This document shows positions 63,280 to 64,000 of a stretch of DNA of 64,000 nt, one piece after another. A program made the position numbers and the translations under genes. The notes under the pieces are model-generated. The model was not told the DNA's origin. It did no database searches and saw only the letters and a list, made by a program, of their open reading frames with translations. This stretch comes from Lytechinus pictus. Lineage: Eukaryota. Each line of letters starts with the position of its first letter. Position 1 is the stretch's first letter. The stretch covers positions 19,034,001 through 19,098,000 of the forward strand of contig NC_087256.1 in assembly GCF_037042905.1 (NCBI RefSeq), given 5' to 3'.

Positions 63280-64000
63280 GTAGGTAGATAATTAGGCGTA
63301 AGCCAATGTTTTGTTCATAAGATAAATTTGACTCATGGTAAATAGATATCAGAACATGCACTAATGCGGAATTTTCCCTGTCATGCCTGTAGACCTAAGT
63401 GTAAAATCAGAAAGTTAGATATCTAGATCAAACTTAAAGTTTAAACCCCCTATTATTTAGATCCAGACAAAATTCATTGCCAAGAATGAATAGGTAAAAG
63501 CCAATATCATCTGATCAAGTATTAGTAATGACTTTATTTTTCAAAAATGAAATGTTCACCCTCCATCACTGTACACATAATTACAATACCTGTTTTAAAT
63601 ATTTGTTCCACCGGCCAGTTAAAACTAATAATGTAATTAAATTTGTACAACACAATTTCCCTGTGATTTGGAATTCCATCCCAAGAGATATAACTGATAA
63701 ATTAAAGCATTTTATATCTCAAATATGTATAGTCATTTCTCTCTCGTAAATTGACACTTTTTGTTGTTGTTGTTGTTGATATACCTTGTTTAATTCTTTG
63801 TCTTAACCATTCTTCCATGTAATACATGTTATCAATGTTCTGGGAACTGTGCTTGTAGAAGGCTTCTTGGCTTCATTTATGCAGTTTCCCATTTCATTTT
63901 CATTTGTTACTTTTTACAATTGTAGTGGGTTGGAAAGAGTGCTCCTATATAGGGTACTCTAAAAAGTGTTCCTAGGGTGATACAAATAATGTAAAGGAAT

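Overview
AT-rich, intron- and repeat-rich animal genomic DNA. The repeat landscape looks like a marine deuterostome such as a sea urchin, but that is an inference. Two assembly gaps lie at about 37181-37481 and 56270-56436. Coding content, all on the + strand: (1) the 3' part of a meltrin-class ADAM metalloprotease gene (ADAM12/19/33-like), with six exons from 446 to 13034 covering Cys-rich, EGF-like, transmembrane and long Pro-rich cytoplasmic regions; (2) an intronless 695-aa TRIM-NHL E3 ligase gene (18666-20753); (3) the first exon of a THAP-like gene with altered zinc ligands (62710-63279), probably transposon-related; (4) a decayed LINE ORF1 (about 60820-61572). The stretch from 21 to 60 kb has no convincing CDS. 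It holds many non-autonomous DNA transposons with readable TIRs and TSDs (hAT-, Kolobok-, Harbinger- and CACTA-like, some nested), SINEs, microsatellites and candidate regulatory modules. The best leads are an in-frame candidate cassette or terminal exon in the ADAM EGF-TM intron, an orphan perfect RFX X-box plus CRE promoter, a triplicated YY1/RFX-half-site module, a transposon-borne array of GCGAAGC mini-hairpins, and the degenerate THAP gene. I found no clearly new multi-gene system.
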